From NCBI GenBank assembly GCA_043228905.1, contig JBHGNT010000007.1:4278001-4342000 (forward strand): DNA of 64,000 nucleotides, written 5' to 3'. A model generated the notes under the pieces. It saw only the letters and a program-made list of their open reading frames with translations, did not search any database and was not told the origin of the DNA. The stretch's first letter is position 1; every line of letters begins with the position of its first letter. This DNA is from Azolla caroliniana. Its lineage: Eukaryota; Plantae; Polypodiophyta. Below are positions 12,547 through 26,400 of the stretch, piece by piece. The position numbers were made by a program, and so were the translations under genes.

Positions 12547-15093
12547 TACCTCCCTCTCTCTATACAACTGTTACAGCAATATGACCACAACACAATACAC
12601 AACAATATCAAAGTGATTGCCTTAAGTCATATTTATAGTTATATGAACTTAGGGCTATTTACAGATATAGCCTCAATGGACTTATTCAAGACATATTTAT
12701 CAATCTATCTTCTCTTCCGGTTCTCACCGGGTTCACTGATCCGGTTTCCGGATCTCTTTCGGTTCTCCCCCAGTGCTCTTTATTCATCACCGTATCCCAT
12801 CCGGAGAGACCGATTTCCCAACAATCTCGCCCATTCACTCCGGTATGGGATGTCTTGTAAGTCCGATCTGCTTCCGGCATGTGTCCAGTTTGTCGGGTGT
12901 CAGCACCTTGGTCACCATATCCGACCCGTTCTCCTCGGTGTGGATCTTCGTCAGCACGAACTCCCGATCTTCAACTCGCTCCCAGATCCAGTGGTACTTG
13001 CGCTGGATGTGCTTCATTCTGGAATGATATGCCGCATTCTTTGCAAGGTGGATGGCACTTTCGTTGTCGTAGTAGAGCTGGTGTTCCTCTTGCCAGATTC
13101 CTAGCTCTTCGATGAAGTCATTCATCCATAATATTTCCTTGCCGGCTTCCACAGCTGTCATGTACTCCGCCTCCATGGTTGACAACGCAACCGTCTTCTG
13201 TAGCCTCGACTGCCACGACACAGTTCCCCATGCATAGGTCATGACATATCCGGAAGTTGACCAGTTGGTGTCCACATCAGCCGACATATCCAAATCGGTA
13301 AAGCCTTCCATGAGGGGTCTACCGGAGTCGAATGGGAGGCACATACTTGAAGTGCCCTTCAAGTACCGGAGTATCCATTTTACCACGTTCCAATGCTCTT
13401 TGCTGGGATTGCTCACGAACCAGCTCACCACTCCAACTGCATATCCGATATCCGACCAAGTACATACCATTGCATACATCAAGCTCCCGACCGCAGAGGC
13501 ATATGGGATCTTCATCATATCCGCCTTCTCTGCCTTTGTCTTCAGGTTTTGCTTACCGAATAATCTGCAGTTTGCTGGGAGTGTCGATCCCACCGGTTTT
13601 GCTTCTAACATGTCAAACTGCTGAAGCGCCTTTGTCACATACTTTTCTTGTGACAGCCACAATTGCTTCTTCAACCGGTCTCGGATGATATGCATCCCCA
13701 GTATCTGTCTTGCCGAACCTAAGTCTTTCATTGAGAAGGTCCGGTTAAGGGCCCTCTTTAGCATCCATATCTTGACTTGATCTTGTCTGACAATCAACGT
13801 GTCGTCCACGTACAGGAGCAATATAAGGAAATCTCCTCCATTAAATTTCTTCACAAACACGTAGTGGTCGGCCTGCATCTTGTGGTACCCTTGATCGGTC
13901 ATGAAGGAGTCAAACTTCCAGTACCATTGCCGACGAGGTTGCTTTAGTCCATATAAGCTCTTCTTCAGTCGGCACACCAGGTGCTCCTTCCCTTTCTTCT
14001 GAAATCCTTCTAGTTGATGCATGTAGATCTCTTCTTCAAGGTCTCCGTGTAGGAATGTCGTCTTGACGTCCAATTGCTCTACCTCGATGTTCATGCTTGC
14101 CGTTATGCCCAATACCGTCCGAATGGATCTCATCTTTACTACCGGGGATAAGATCTCATCAAAGTTCACTCCTTTCTTCTATTGTAAACCCTTCATCACG
14201 ATTCAGGCCTTATACCTTAGTGGATTTCCGGCGTCTCCCGATTTCAGTTTCTACACCCACTTGTTCCGTAGTGCCTTCTTTCCTTTAGGCAATTCCACCA
14301 ATTCGTATGTTTGGTTCTCATGCAGGGAATCCATCTTGTCCTGCATGGCACTCAACCACTTGCGGTTGTGGGTGTCCCCCCTTGCTTCTTCAAAGCTTTC
14401 CAGCTCCCCTCATTAATTAGCAACACATGCTTTGCATCCGGAAATCTTCGGGGGGCTCTTCTCTCCCGGAGAGGATATCTCCGTCCTTGGTTTCTAATTG
14501 TCGATTCCTCCGTCTGTTCCGAATCCGAATCTGATTCGGGATCTTGTCCGGTTCTGGCGTCTTCTTCTTCTTCTTCGGTCGGTTCGATTTCTTGTCCGAA
14601 ACCGGTCGGTTCGTCAAGTGTCATCCAGTTGCTAGCTAACATCCGGTTTTCAACCAGGTATATCCTTTTGTCCTCAAGCCGGTTTTCAATGGATGAGCCG
14701 GAGTTTGTTACCTTCTTCTCGGACTCCCAGTCAGCAATGGTCTTGTCTTCCATGAAGACTATGTCCCGACTACGGAACACCTTTCTGTCGACCAGATCCC
14801 ACACTAGGTAATCGAACTCATCATCGCCGTATCCAAGGAAACGCATGGCCGGGACTTCGGATCCAGCTTTGCTCTCTTGTCCTTCGCCACATGCACGTAT
14901 GCAAGACACCCTAACACCTTCAGATGCCGGTAAGACAAATCCTTACCGGTCCATGTTTTCTGAGGGTGAGTCTCCTCCCAAGGGTACTGAGGGTGATCTG
15001 TTTATCACATAGGTCGCCGTCGTCAGCGCCTCAGCCCAAAACGTCTTGGGTAACTTGGCATGTGCAACCATGCTCCAGACTCTCTCCATTATC
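12233..15093 (-). mobile_element. Ty1/Copia element C2, 5'-truncated (INT C-terminus, RT-RNase H, 3' LTR 12233-12823)
   Basis: LPKTFWAEA..INRSPS, QLDVKTTFLHG, LLYVDD, DNESAIHLAKN; LTR on minus strand. A fragment of the same LTR lies at 34645-34955. Confidence 0.92.
12835..14169 (-). pseudogene. pol: C2 reverse transcriptase-RNase H
   Basis: 444-aa ORF with Copia RT and RNase H motifs; upstream part interrupted by stops. Confidence 0.9.
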
Positions 15094-16202
15094 CTACACA
15101 TGTTGCAGCTCACTACAAAACCATATTCTTTGCGAAACGGGGAAATCGTACACATCTATACATCATAGAGCCCATACCGTTATCTGCCATTTGAACCATT
15201 GCTTCCATGAGACTTAGCTCACATGCATAGTGATGTGAGAAAGGGCATTGGGCACAAGTGATGAGAGTGGTCGGCTATGTCTCGAAGAGTACACAGACGC
15301 GGACTGGGCAGGCTATAAGGTTGATAGACGTTCAACCTCCGTATTCGTTTTCTCTCTCGGCAGCAAAGCAATCTCTTGGAGTAGTAGGAAACAAACAACA
15401 GTCGCATTGTCGAGTACAGAGGCCATCACGGATCCAGTTCGCCTCTTCTGCGACAACATGAGCAACATCATCTTGCTCGGAACCCGGTGTTCCACGTGCG
15501 GACCAAACACATCGAACTGCACTACAAAAAACTTTTCGACATCCGGAAGTTGTGTTGAGAATCAAAGTCAACATCCCATAGAGATAGTGTTCACACTAGT
15601 CGGTGAACATTGTACTAGGATATTTTTGTAATTAGTAGAAAGGGCACTAGCCCTAGATCAGTTATTACCAAAAGAAGTTATTCGAAGAGGATTCGAACTC
15701 ACAACCTTTTGTTTACACAAAGGCGTTTGAGATACACGACTTTAACTTCTTCCTTTTCTTGTATCTCCTTTCTTTTCTTTAACTCTTGTCTTGATTTATG
15801 CAGGCCACCATCTTCTTTGGCGAGCTCTGCATCCCATACCCACACGAATTTCTTCACTCGCTTTTCCTTCCTTTTCTTCTCCTTCTCCTCCTCTTCCTTT
15901 AGCCACCATAGGCGTGGCTTATATAGGGCGGTCAACCGCCCTACCACCCTCTTGAGGCGGTTGACAAACCGTCTCATGTAGGCGGTTGTATTTTTATTTT
16001 TATTTTATTATTTATTTATTTATTGATGCTACAATTCAATTTTATAGTTCTATATTTGAGATATTATAGAAATGGCCCTCATTTAATTTTGACTTCCCCT
16101 TTTGACATAATTACATTTTTGTCCCAAGTAACATTAATCCTTCCGAAGCTTGTATCTTGAGCTTCTGAACTACGATTCACGAACCGAAAATTCCTTCATG
16201 CT
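15094..16202 (+). repeat. Rearranged duplicated block: partial unit U (15094-15663) plus unit V (15664-16202, matching 30319-30856)
   Basis: 15094ff matches 31099ff and 7326ff; 15664ff matches 30319ff. Block order is swapped relative to copy B. Confidence 0.85.
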
Positions 16203-16322
16203 CCTTGTCATAAGCTCTAGATGGGAAATGTACTTCTATAGATTTTTGACATTGTTTTCACATCGTGAAGTGTCAACTTCACGACACCCACCCCCTCTGA
16301 AGTTGCACACCTATGGGCAAGT

Positions 16323-17813
16323 TCACACCACTTCATTTTGATCCACTTCGAAAATTTCTTCATCGTCATTTTCTATGAAACTAGGCTCGGTGTTTTCTCT
16401 TCTTTTAAAAATCTTTATTCTTTTTCCTGCAATCGGCGTCTGAATCTCAGTCCCATCCAACTCGTTCAGGTAGTAGGTAGCCTTATCAGTCACCTTCCGT
16501 ACTTCGTAAGGCCCAAACCACCGTTTGGCGAACTTCCTCATTGTACTGTAGTAGTTCTCGAGGCTACTATCCAGTACCAACACCCAGTCTTCTTCTTGAA
16601 TCTTTCGTGGTCTTAATCTGTTTACTTTGTCAAATCTGGCTTTGTTCTTTATCTGAGCTTCTTTAAATTTCTCAGCAGCCTTTTCTACATCTTCTGCTTG
16701 ACATTGTAGTTGGATACGAATTGCTAGCAAAATTGCTAGCAAGTCTTCTCTACTCATCTCTGACTCCCATGGTAGCATTGCCCATGTAGCAATCTTCTCT
16801 TCAATCGGCATCATCGGCCTTTGTCCTGTCATGAGCTCTATCGGGATATATCCTACCACCGAACTGTGTGTGGTCCTATCCGCCCACAATGCATATGGCA
16901 AGACCTTCGGCCAATTACCTACTTTGCCTTTACATGCTTTTGCAAGTGCTTTAACTATCGGGCTATGACCTCTTTCTATCTTTCCATTTGCATCAGGATT
17001 ATATGTTGTTGTCAATGATAACCGAATTCCAATTCTATCAAAGAACTCTCTTGCTTCATCAGAATTGAGCTCACCTCTATCAGCCACTATCTTCCCTATA
17101 GACCCATACCTACATATTATATCCTCTAATATGAATTGGCATACTGTCGATGTGGTCTTCGATCTTAGTGCTCTTCCTTCAACTTGATTTGTAAGGTCTT
17201 CTCTAGCGAGTACCAAGAACTTCTTTTGACTTGCCCCCATTGGCATTGCCACTATATCAACCATCCACTTGTAATGTATAGCCGGCGAATAGGTCGGGTG
17301 CAACTCATCTCTATGCTTAATGTTGGGGTAGATTTGATAGGTTGGGCATGTCTCGACATACCTCTTGATTTCGTTGTAGAATCCTGGCCACCAATATCTT
17401 TCCTTTATTTTACGAAATGTTGCCCAGACTCCAAGGTGTCCAGCCCACTCCTTGTCGTGTAATTCCTTTAATATCTGCTCATGCTGCACTTGGTCATAGA
17501 TAACCCGTTGTGGATTTCCCATTTTATACTTTGGGTGCTTCCAAAGGTAACCTTCGTGCAAGAAAAATCGGTGTGCCTTCTTTCGGAAATTTGAGAAGTT
17601 TCTCCCACTCCAAGTTCCTTCCTTCCATGGTGCTTGTAGATACTTCCTGATTTCCTTAAACTCTTCATTATACTCTTCTTCTTTAAACTCATGTTCTTCA
17701 TGTGGCTCACCCCCTCTAATTGCATTTATGACCAAAGTTGATTCTTCTTCGTCATTATCTGATTCTGCCACTTCCTCTATTTCATATTTTGCTCTGGATA
17801 ACATATCAGCCAT
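16323..17813 (-). pseudogene. G2 integrase, no chromodomain
   Basis: GHLGVWATF..YWWPG..C, WMVDIV, IVADRGEL, NGKIERGH, WFGPY. Confidence 0.9.
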
Positions 17814-18018
17814 TGCATTCTTCTCACCAGATATATGTCAAACATCTGGGTTGATGGTTTTGATGTAGACACATCACCTAAGCATTGCTTGGTCTAGAAT
17901 ATTGCAATTTGCAATAATCGCCAAAATTGGCAAGCAATCTGTCTCCACAATCACCTCAGCATCAATCAGATAGTCCCTATCCGTCTTGATAGCAATGATT
18001 ATCCCCCAGAGATCTCTT

Positions 18019-18497
18019 TGTTAGGAAACAGGTCCCTCCGGATGGGAAGTGAGAAGAACCGTGTTGATGAGCAACTTGGAAATCGTGGAGATAGCCAACA
18101 CGGAAGGCCAAACTTGTAAATAGTCGAAAGGTTACATTAGTATATAAGTACTTAGGGCAATCATGTAAGTGAGTTATTGTAAAGTTACTGTTGAAGAGGT
18201 TGTTGCCTCCGTAACTGTGAGAGAGAACGAGTGTGAGTGGAAGCGTGTGAGCTCCATAGCCGCCTGTTGGCGAAGCAGGATCTTGAGGTCGTTGCCTCTG
18301 AGATCTCTGATTGTATTCCTTTCTCTCATAGTGTTCTGTTTCGGAGTTTGTGGACTCCACGTTGTTTTTCCCAGTTCGGTTTCCATGTTAAAATCTGTGT
18401 CATTCTCAGTTTCCGTATTCTGTTTTTCCTCTCCATTAGATTGACTATTATTCCACACACGCACAACCGGTTGTGGTCGGCAACGATTTTAGCTTCA
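18019..18497 (+). mobile_element. Solo Copia LTR inserted in G2 RNase H
   Basis: Starts TGTTAGGAAACAGGTCCCTCCGGATGGGAAG (as C1 LTR), ends CTTCA; near-TSD CTCTT/CTCTC; removing it restores AQVKRDLWGII. Confidence 0.85.
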
Positions 18498-20606
18498 CTC
18501 TCTTCACTTGCGCATACTTTCGTTGACGTCCGCTAAGTACCTTCGCACCAAATCGAATGGGATGTCTTTCTCATTCCTCATCTTGTTGGCTTATTACCCA
18601 CCCGATTCCAATCGAACTTGAGTCAACTGTGAGGATTATTGGTTGGGTGTAGTCAGGTTGTTTCAATGTAGGAGCTTTAGCCAGATTCTCCTTCAGTCTT
18701 TTAATTGCATTTGAGTGTTCTTCTGTCCATTCAAATGCTTCCCCTTTTCTTAATAGCCAATACAATGGATCTAATATGTGGGCATAATGTGGAATCCACC
18801 TGCAATAGAAGACACATGCACCCAAGAACCTCCGAACTTCAGATATAGAGTTGCATTCTTCTTTCATATTCTGTATTGCGTTGATCTTTGTTGGTGCTGG
18901 CTTTCTTCCGTATGGCCCACACATATGTCCTACCACTAGTACTTCTTGAACCCCAAATATTGATTTTGGAGCCGAAAGTGTTAGGTGTACCTCCTCTAGT
19001 CTTGAAAGCACTTTATCACAATCTTCTATCTGATCCCTGACAAACTTCTGACATCCACTACTATCCAATTCTTCATTCTTCATTCTTTCCTCACATCCTT
19101 TAATGGGTATATCATCCAAGAAAGGCATGGTTATGCGAGGAATAAAATCTCAGAGAACTTTGTGCATACCATCAAGTTGGTCGCACCTTGAGGTAGGGTA
19201 CACATTCGAAGTAATCCAATAGGAGTCCTAACGAAGGTGATATCCCGTCTACCGACCGCAAGTTGGAACTAGTCATAACCAAAGTAGAGATCACCCATAG
19301 AGTAGATCGCCCTTCCAACAAACATCTCTACAAACTCATCTACTATCGGCCCTACTCCTGAATTCCGGATAGTAACTTGATTCATAGGTTGGATGTCTTG
19401 AATGAATCGAAGCCGCCCATCCTTCTTTTGCACCGTAAATCATCTACTCGAGTATGGAGCGTTTGATGGTTCCAAGATGCCCATGTTCATTTTCTCTTTT
19501 AGAAGCTCGATTAATTGCAGCATCCTTGCTCTTGGCACTAGGATTGACTTCAGATTCCATGGAATGTGTGGGATCATGAAGATGACCATTGGTTCAACTA
19601 CTTTCGGATTCACACATCCAATTTCTTCAGGGTTGAAGGAGAATGCTTTCCCATGCCGCCCTAGCATTTTTCTAAATTCTGCTTCTTCTATAGGTGTTAA
19701 GAAGTCCTCCCCTCCAACTCTTAGTTCTTTAATTGTTTCCTTTGTGAACTTGTGCCCAATTCTCTTTGGATCCTGAAGAATTGGCTCGGTTGACACCTCC
19801 TTCATTATCTTTTCACTGTCTTATGGAAGTGGTGTTGCTACTGGCCGAACCTTCTTCTCCACCGTTTTGTGCTTTCTGTTTATTCGAGCTTCTTCATTTT
19901 GAACATACTCCTTGATGGTTTTGAATAGCTCGATGGAATTTACCACAACTTCACTTCATCATCTTCCGTCATTAGAGACTCTAACTCTCCTACTGTATCC
20001 TTAAAACAATATTCTTCAAATATATTCACTAATTTTTCTTCTGAATCTATCATACCTCCACCTTGTACTTCTTTTTCTATTTTTCGGAATTTCTTTCCTT
20101 TGAAATCTTCTATTATAGTTGTGCCATCTACCGACGCAACATATAATTTACCTTTATCTTCAATGCTATGAATGGGGCTTCTTACCTCCCTCGAGCCATC
20201 ACAACCCCTTTTTGTAAGGGCCAACTCTAGAAATCCTGTACGAAATCCCCCACATCTCGTAGTGGATGATCTCGTAGATTCTCCTTATTCCTCTCATGAT
20301 TTGGTCGCACAGTAAGGAACTGTACCGACCTCTTCCCATCCTGGCTTCGAATCCTAGCAAACGCCGCTCCATTATCAATCGTTTTAGTTTCCATCCACAT
20401 TGTTGTGATGTACGGTTGCCCTAGGATTACTGGATAAAATGACTTCTCCTGGACGAAGAAGTTTTGATCTACTGACACGCCCCAATTGTAACTTTAATAT
20501 TTGGGCATGCGCCACATAAATCCTCCACGACCTCAGTCGCTGCTCTCACCTTCCAACCATGGTTCCTTTCTATTGGCCATCTCCCGCGATTGTAAAAAAC
20601 AGACGA

Positions 20607-20826
20607 TATGATATTTATCTCGGAGCCATGGTCGATGAGTGCCACACATGGTTCCATATGATCTCCAATTCTGACTGGAGCCTCAGTTGTCGCCCGAGCC
20701 TAGTGTGTACGGGTGTAATATTTATGATATTTATCTCAGAGCCATGGTCGATGAGTGCCACACATGGTTCCATCTGATCTCCAATTCTGACTGGAGCCTC
20801 AGTTGTCGCCCGAGCCCAGTGTGTGC
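20607..20826. repeat. About 115-bp tandem duplication in the G2 protease region
   Basis: TATGATATTTATCTC..GAGCCATGGTCGATGAGTGCC..GCCCGAGCC occurs twice. Confidence 0.85.
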
Positions 20827-22790
20827 GCTTCGTTCCTCTTCATGACTACATTGTGTGTATGCACTCCGTACCCCGGCTAACAATGCAGTCTCCATATCTT
20901 CTTATTCCTCTCGTATCATAACGGTATTTACTCCACCCGTTTCTTCAACCACTTGTCTTTTTCTCCGAATCACATCAATGATCACTTCATGAAATTCCGT
21001 CTTCGCGATCCCTAGTACTTCTCGGAGTGTTAACTCAACTTTACTATCGAGAATCCTTGATTCTAGCACATGCTTTAGGTCGGTGGATGTTTCGATGTCG
21101 GAGGCGAGTTTGAATGACGTGGGTATCTTTTGCTTACCTTTGTCTTCTTTCATCACCTTTGCAACAGCTCGTTCAGTTTCTCGTCTCTTTTGTTCTCAGG
21201 TCTCGGGTTTTCAAGAAGGTCCCGCTTCTTCAGTTCTCCTTCGTTTTTCTTCGACTATCACCTCGTGGGCATTCACCCCTGCTATCTTGGCGATCGCAGT
21301 GAGTGAATCTACTGGGTCATTCCACCCAGTACTACTCGTTATCTCGTCACCAGCCTTTCGTAAGTCCTGTGGCTGGACTCTTTTGTCAGTAGTGGACTTT
21401 ATCACTTTTCCCCAGAATCCTGATCCAATTTGGGGATCATCGACCTTCAATCCGGAAGTAGTCGAAAAGTACATTGCCTGAACATTCTTCAACTCTTCGT
21501 CCTCCATCACTTTCTTCATTCCACCTTTGCCGAAGTTGGTTTGTAGGGGTTGTCGGGTCTCCGAGGAGTGGATTCTCCCACTTTGATAGAAGATAATGTT
21601 TCTTTCTAACGCTTCCTTATGGCTCTGACAATCCCTTTTTTGGTGCTCCGCGCTATCGCACCATATGCATCGGCGGACGAATTCACCCTTTTCTATTTCA
21701 TTGGGCTTTTGTCGAACACCCGAGCTTTCACCCTTCTCAAGCTTTGTGAACTTGAGTTGTAGATCCTGCATTCCCTTTATCAGTTCATCAATCGTGGACT
21801 CTGGCTCCTTTCCTTTGCCAACATCCGTTCGGGTTCCTGATTCTTGTTTTGGATATTCTCTGGCTGTTGTCTTTATTCTAGTGTCATAGCCATCCTCCAT
21901 CGTTAGTTCCCTCCTTCTTAGTACTCAACAAGCCTTGGGTACTTCCGGTTTTGCTTGTGTGGTCTTCAAAAAGGATGGTCATATCTTTTCTAAAAGATTT
22001 ATCTTCCGCTCGGACGAATAAATCCACCTTCTCTGATTGTAGTAGTTCTCGGTCTCTTACCGAGAGCTCATTATATCTTTTCTCAAACTTTCTCAGGAAT
22101 TCTGAAACTGAGAGTCCTTTACCCCCTTTCTCGGTCCATTCAAGAAACCTCTTCTTTGAGATTCGGGTTCGGTCGTCTAGCATGTATTCATCAAGCAATG
22201 CTTGATGGAACCTGGCCCAATCTTCACGGAATCTCTCTGATAATTCCATTACCCTTGCTCGGACATCAAGTGTGCATACCCGATTGACGTGCGAGGCCAT
22301 TTGTTCTCCGGTTGCCCCTCTATTGGCCATCTCGTATTCGTAGACCTCAAGGAACCGAGTGATGTCCTCGCCATCAAATTTGCTTATTCTCTCAATGACC
22401 GTTTGTACGGCGAGCGTTAACTCACTTTCCATCCGGTTCATTTCACTTTGCTCTTGAAGCATCCGATTCATCATTGTCATCATGAAACTTGCCATCTCTT
22501 CATTGAAGCCCTTATTTGCCATCTCTGTGTTGGCACCTTTATCCGCCATTTTCTTTAATTTTTCGACCGTCTATTTGTAAAACTTTAACTCCGAAACTCC
22601 CCTTGTCGACAACACTTCACGTCGGGTTCACCAGATTGTGGCTGTGTGTCACAACCGCCGGGGTTCTGTGACTGGGGGATGATCGGGGTGAAAACGCATA
22701 ATCGCAGATGGTGCGATGACAAGAAGCCGAGAAGGCAAGATAAATGCGACGTTGTCGCGAAAAGAATTTTATTTGTAAAACAACCACTTA

Positions 22791-23290
22791 CTATATAATC
22801 CTTAAAGTACAGACCTTCCTTTCCTTAACAAAATAATCCAACTTCTGAAACAATAATTTGTGATAGCTCAAAAAGGTAAGTGTTTCCTTACTACTGTTAG
22901 TGGATGATTCATCCTTTGGGATGATATCATCAAAATATGGCCCACATTGCTTCAACAATTTGCACACATTCTGGTTACCGTCCAAATGGGATTGATGAAA
23001 CAGTCTATACTTCAGTATATCTTCAATAACACCCGATACCCGATATTTTCTGTTTCTCATCATCAACACCTAAAAACCTAAATTTTCCTAGCAAGCTAAG
23101 AAGACTTTCAAGCATTTTATCTACAATAGACTGAAAGACTTTGCGAGGATTAGGAGATGATCTCAAAAAAGAAACAAAACGTTGTAAAATAAGAATACTT
23201 AGATCAAAAAGTATATTCCCATTGTTTTTGATATATGTTGATGAGCAAAATATAGAAGCAATCCTTAAACATGAACTTGATTTCACACTG
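22791..23290 (-). pseudogene. Frameshifted fragment resembling plant URB2/NPA2 nucleolar ribosome-biogenesis protein
   Basis: FVSFLRSSPNPRKVFQSIVDKMLESLLSLLG, IEDILKYRLFHQSHLDG and SYHKLLFQKL resemble recalled URB2 motifs (FLRVHP..FVDKLLEPLLHLLG, GLFHP.HIDG, SYHRHLFDKL). From memory only; not searched. Confidence 0.5.
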
Positions 23291-23415
23291 GTATAACTAT
23301 TTCAGATTCATGAACTGGATTTTTTACATTGGCAATTGAAACAATATTTTGGTATCCAAATAGTTCAATTTCAGACATCACTAACAACTAAAGTTCAAGT
23401 ACAATCGAAAGACAA

Positions 23416-26400
23416 TCAGGCACTAGAGGGTAACTTGGCCGATCTTGTAATGCGCTTGTTGTTGGTGCCAGATTTTTCTGATTTTACATTCTTCTTTATC
23501 TTAAAGCCTTTAGGTATGAGCTGACTAAGTGGCACTTCATCATCAGAGGCATCAGAGACAGGCGTGGATGCGCGGGCACCTTGTACTGGTGGCAAGCTTG
23601 AGAGAGCAACTATGTTTTCTGCAACTGCAATGCTTGTACACAAATCCACAAAGGTGCTGTCGATAGACAAATTATCACTCATCTCCTGAATGCTTGTACT
23701 CCTAGCGATCTTTATTGCCCTATCATCATCACCGATGCCTATACACTCGTTCTTATTAGACTCCTGTATGTGGACCATGGCAGTAGTCATGGTCAACTCC
23801 TCTTGTACGATGGATGTCACCTCATTCTTAAGACAACGTTGTTCGCTCTAAGTATAATCAGGCCCACCTTCATTAGTAACGTTGTTCGCTCTACACTCCT
23901 CATGGGATTCTGTACAATCAGGCTTATCTTCAGGGAAAGCGATGTTCTTTCCACGATCCTCATGGGCTTCACAAGACACTACTAGCACATTCTCAGTACA
24001 ATCAAGCTCCTCTTCATTACTAGCAAAGTTCTTTCCATGATCCTCATGGGAATCTTTAGATAGTACTAGCACATTATCAGTACAATCAGTCTTCTCTTCA
24101 GCACTTGCCACATTATCAGTACAATCAGTCTTCTCTTCAGTACTTGCCATATTCTTTCCACACTCTTCATGGGCTTCAATCTTCTCTTCAGTACTTGCCA
24201 TATTCTTTCCACACTCATAGGCTTCTTTAGACATAGTGTTGTTTGTACATGCCAGCTGCTCTTCACATATGAATGCTTCGTTTTTCTCACAATCCTCATG
24301 TGTGGAAGATGTGCTTCCAGAGTCTGCCTCCTTGCAAAGGTTAATTTGATTCTGACTCTGATGGGAATCTGATTCTGCACTTGTGCTCCATGAAGTTCCC
24401 GATTCATTTGATTGCAGTTGGGAATCAGACTGCTCTTGTAAACCTAATTAATGGGATTCCAAAGAATATTGGTATGAACTCACATACTCAAAAGTTTGCA
24501 AACAATGAACATAGGGTTTAGGGCCACATTTTTACCTAATGTTACATCGTCATACTGTACAGCCGTAGATACCCCATTGCAAGTGGTGGGCTCGGTCATC
24601 TTCTCCACAACATCTAGGTGCTCAACAGTGTTGTTATGATCTATAATAACAACAAAAATAGGGTTGTTATGAGCTAAATCATTGTTTTCAAAGTCTGGCT
24701 TTTGACGTGTACCTGGGAGTGTGATAAATTCGTCTTCATGATCAGGTTTTGGACTCATATCTCCATCACCAAATATCATTTCATCATCAGCTAGTAACAC
24801 AAGTACATGGTATTAGACAATGGATTAGGTTGACAATGCTCCAGACAGGTGAGAACTTATATGACTCACCATTGCATTCAACTTTGCCTTTCTTGCCGTT
24901 TCCATACAACATTCTTGCAGCATTTCTCTTCTTACTGGGCTCTATTTGTAAAGAAACTGCATTTCTCTTCTTAGTGGGCTCTATTTCTTGATGTTGACCG
25001 GAGCTTGGGGAATTTGTTTGTAGAAGTATATGTTCCACTGCTCCAATGGCCCTTCTCATACATTCATCCTCATCATAAAAATCATAGGTTATTGGTAATG
25101 ATGGTCCCTGAACCTTGGAATGTGCATCAGATATTGAGGGTTTAGGCACAGGGGTTGGTTGTTCCATTACCTTCCCTGGCGTGGAGTTGCTTGACACTAC
25201 AACATTCATTACAAGAAACAAAAAAACCTTGAATGTTAGTACCATCATCTAAAATATATAATGTAGGTCACAAGAGTTGCTTCCCATTTTACACAATGTA
25301 CCAGTCATGAACAATGTACTACTCACATAGTTCCTAAATTACTGAACTAGTACTAATAAGGAACATTGTACTGCTCACTTAGTTCCCAATTTACACGATT
25401 AGTACTAATCATGCACAATATACACAAGTAGTACTAATCATGCACAATATACTACTCACTTAGTTACCAAATTACACAAGTACTAATCTTGAAAAATGTA
25501 CCACTGACTTAGTCAAATTAATAAGTAGTACTAATCTTGAACAATGTACTACTCACTTATTTCCTAAATCACTGAACTAGTACTAATCCCGAACAATGTA
25601 CTACTCACTTAGTTCCCAATTTACACAAGTAGTACTAATCACGCACAATATACTACTCACTTAGTTACCAAATTACACAAGGAGTACTAATCCCGAACAA
25701 CGTAATGCTCACTTAGTTCCCAATTTACACAAGTAGTACTAATCATGCACAATATACTACTCACTTAGTTAGCAAATTACACAAGGAGTACTAATCCCGA
25801 ACAATGTACTGCTCACTTAGTTCCCAATTTACACAAGTAGTACTAATCATGCACAATATACTACTCACTTAGTTAGCAAATTATACAAGGAGTACTAATC
25901 CCGAACAATGTACTGCTCACTTAGTTCCCAATTTACACAAGTAGTACTAATCATGCACAATATACTACTCACTTAGTTAGCAAATTACACAAGGAGTACT
26001 AATCCCGAACAATGTACTGCTCACTTAGTTCCCAATTTACACAAGTAGTACTAATCATGCACAATATACTACTCACTTAGTTAGCAAATTACACAAGGAG
26101 TACTAATCCCGAACAATGTACTGCTCACTTAGTTCCCAATTTACACAAGTAGTACTAATCATGCACAATATACTACTCACTTAGTTAGCAAATTACACAA
26201 GGAGTACTAATCCCGAACAATGTACTGCTCACTTAGTTCCCAATTTACACAAGTAATACTAATCATGCACAATATACTACTCACTTAGTTACCAAATTAC
26301 ACAAGGAGTACTAATCCCGAACAATGTAATGCTCACTTAGTTCCCAATTTACACAAGTAGTACTAATCATGCACAATATACTACTCACTTAGTTAGCAAA

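Larger units (their letters stand above)
7326..12560 (+). repeat. Segmental duplication unit U, copy A (about 97% identical to 31182-34955, with different deletions)
   Basis: Collinear blocks: 8128-8612/31294-31777, 9383-9968/31778-32363, 10120-10730/33058-33668, 11257-12560/33668-34955. Confidence 0.92.
16206..22790 (-). mobile_element. Ty3/Gypsy non-chromovirus G2 (same lineage as G1, divergent), both LTRs truncated
   Basis: tRNA-Trp PBS about 22617-22633; gag 22549-21211 (CIWCDSAEHQKRDC); PR (ALIDHGSEIN); RT (PFLDD); RNase H; INT 17813-16323; PPT AGAGGGGGTGGG then TGTCGTGAAG. Confidence 0.92.

Noticed and set aside
15699-15981. Lys/Glu-rich 92-aa ORF, with a copy at 30354-30590
   Set aside because: Low-complexity purine tract in a duplicated repeat; start codons differ between copies.
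16206-16286. Complete 81-bp mini-LTR (TGTCA...CGACA)
   Set aside because: Does not match the LTR remnant at 22637-22790; more likely a truncated 3' LTR.
12835-17813. Active autonomous retrotransposon or domesticated RT/integrase gene
   Set aside because: The long ORFs lie in truncated elements with stops and frameshifts elsewhere and altered conserved residues.
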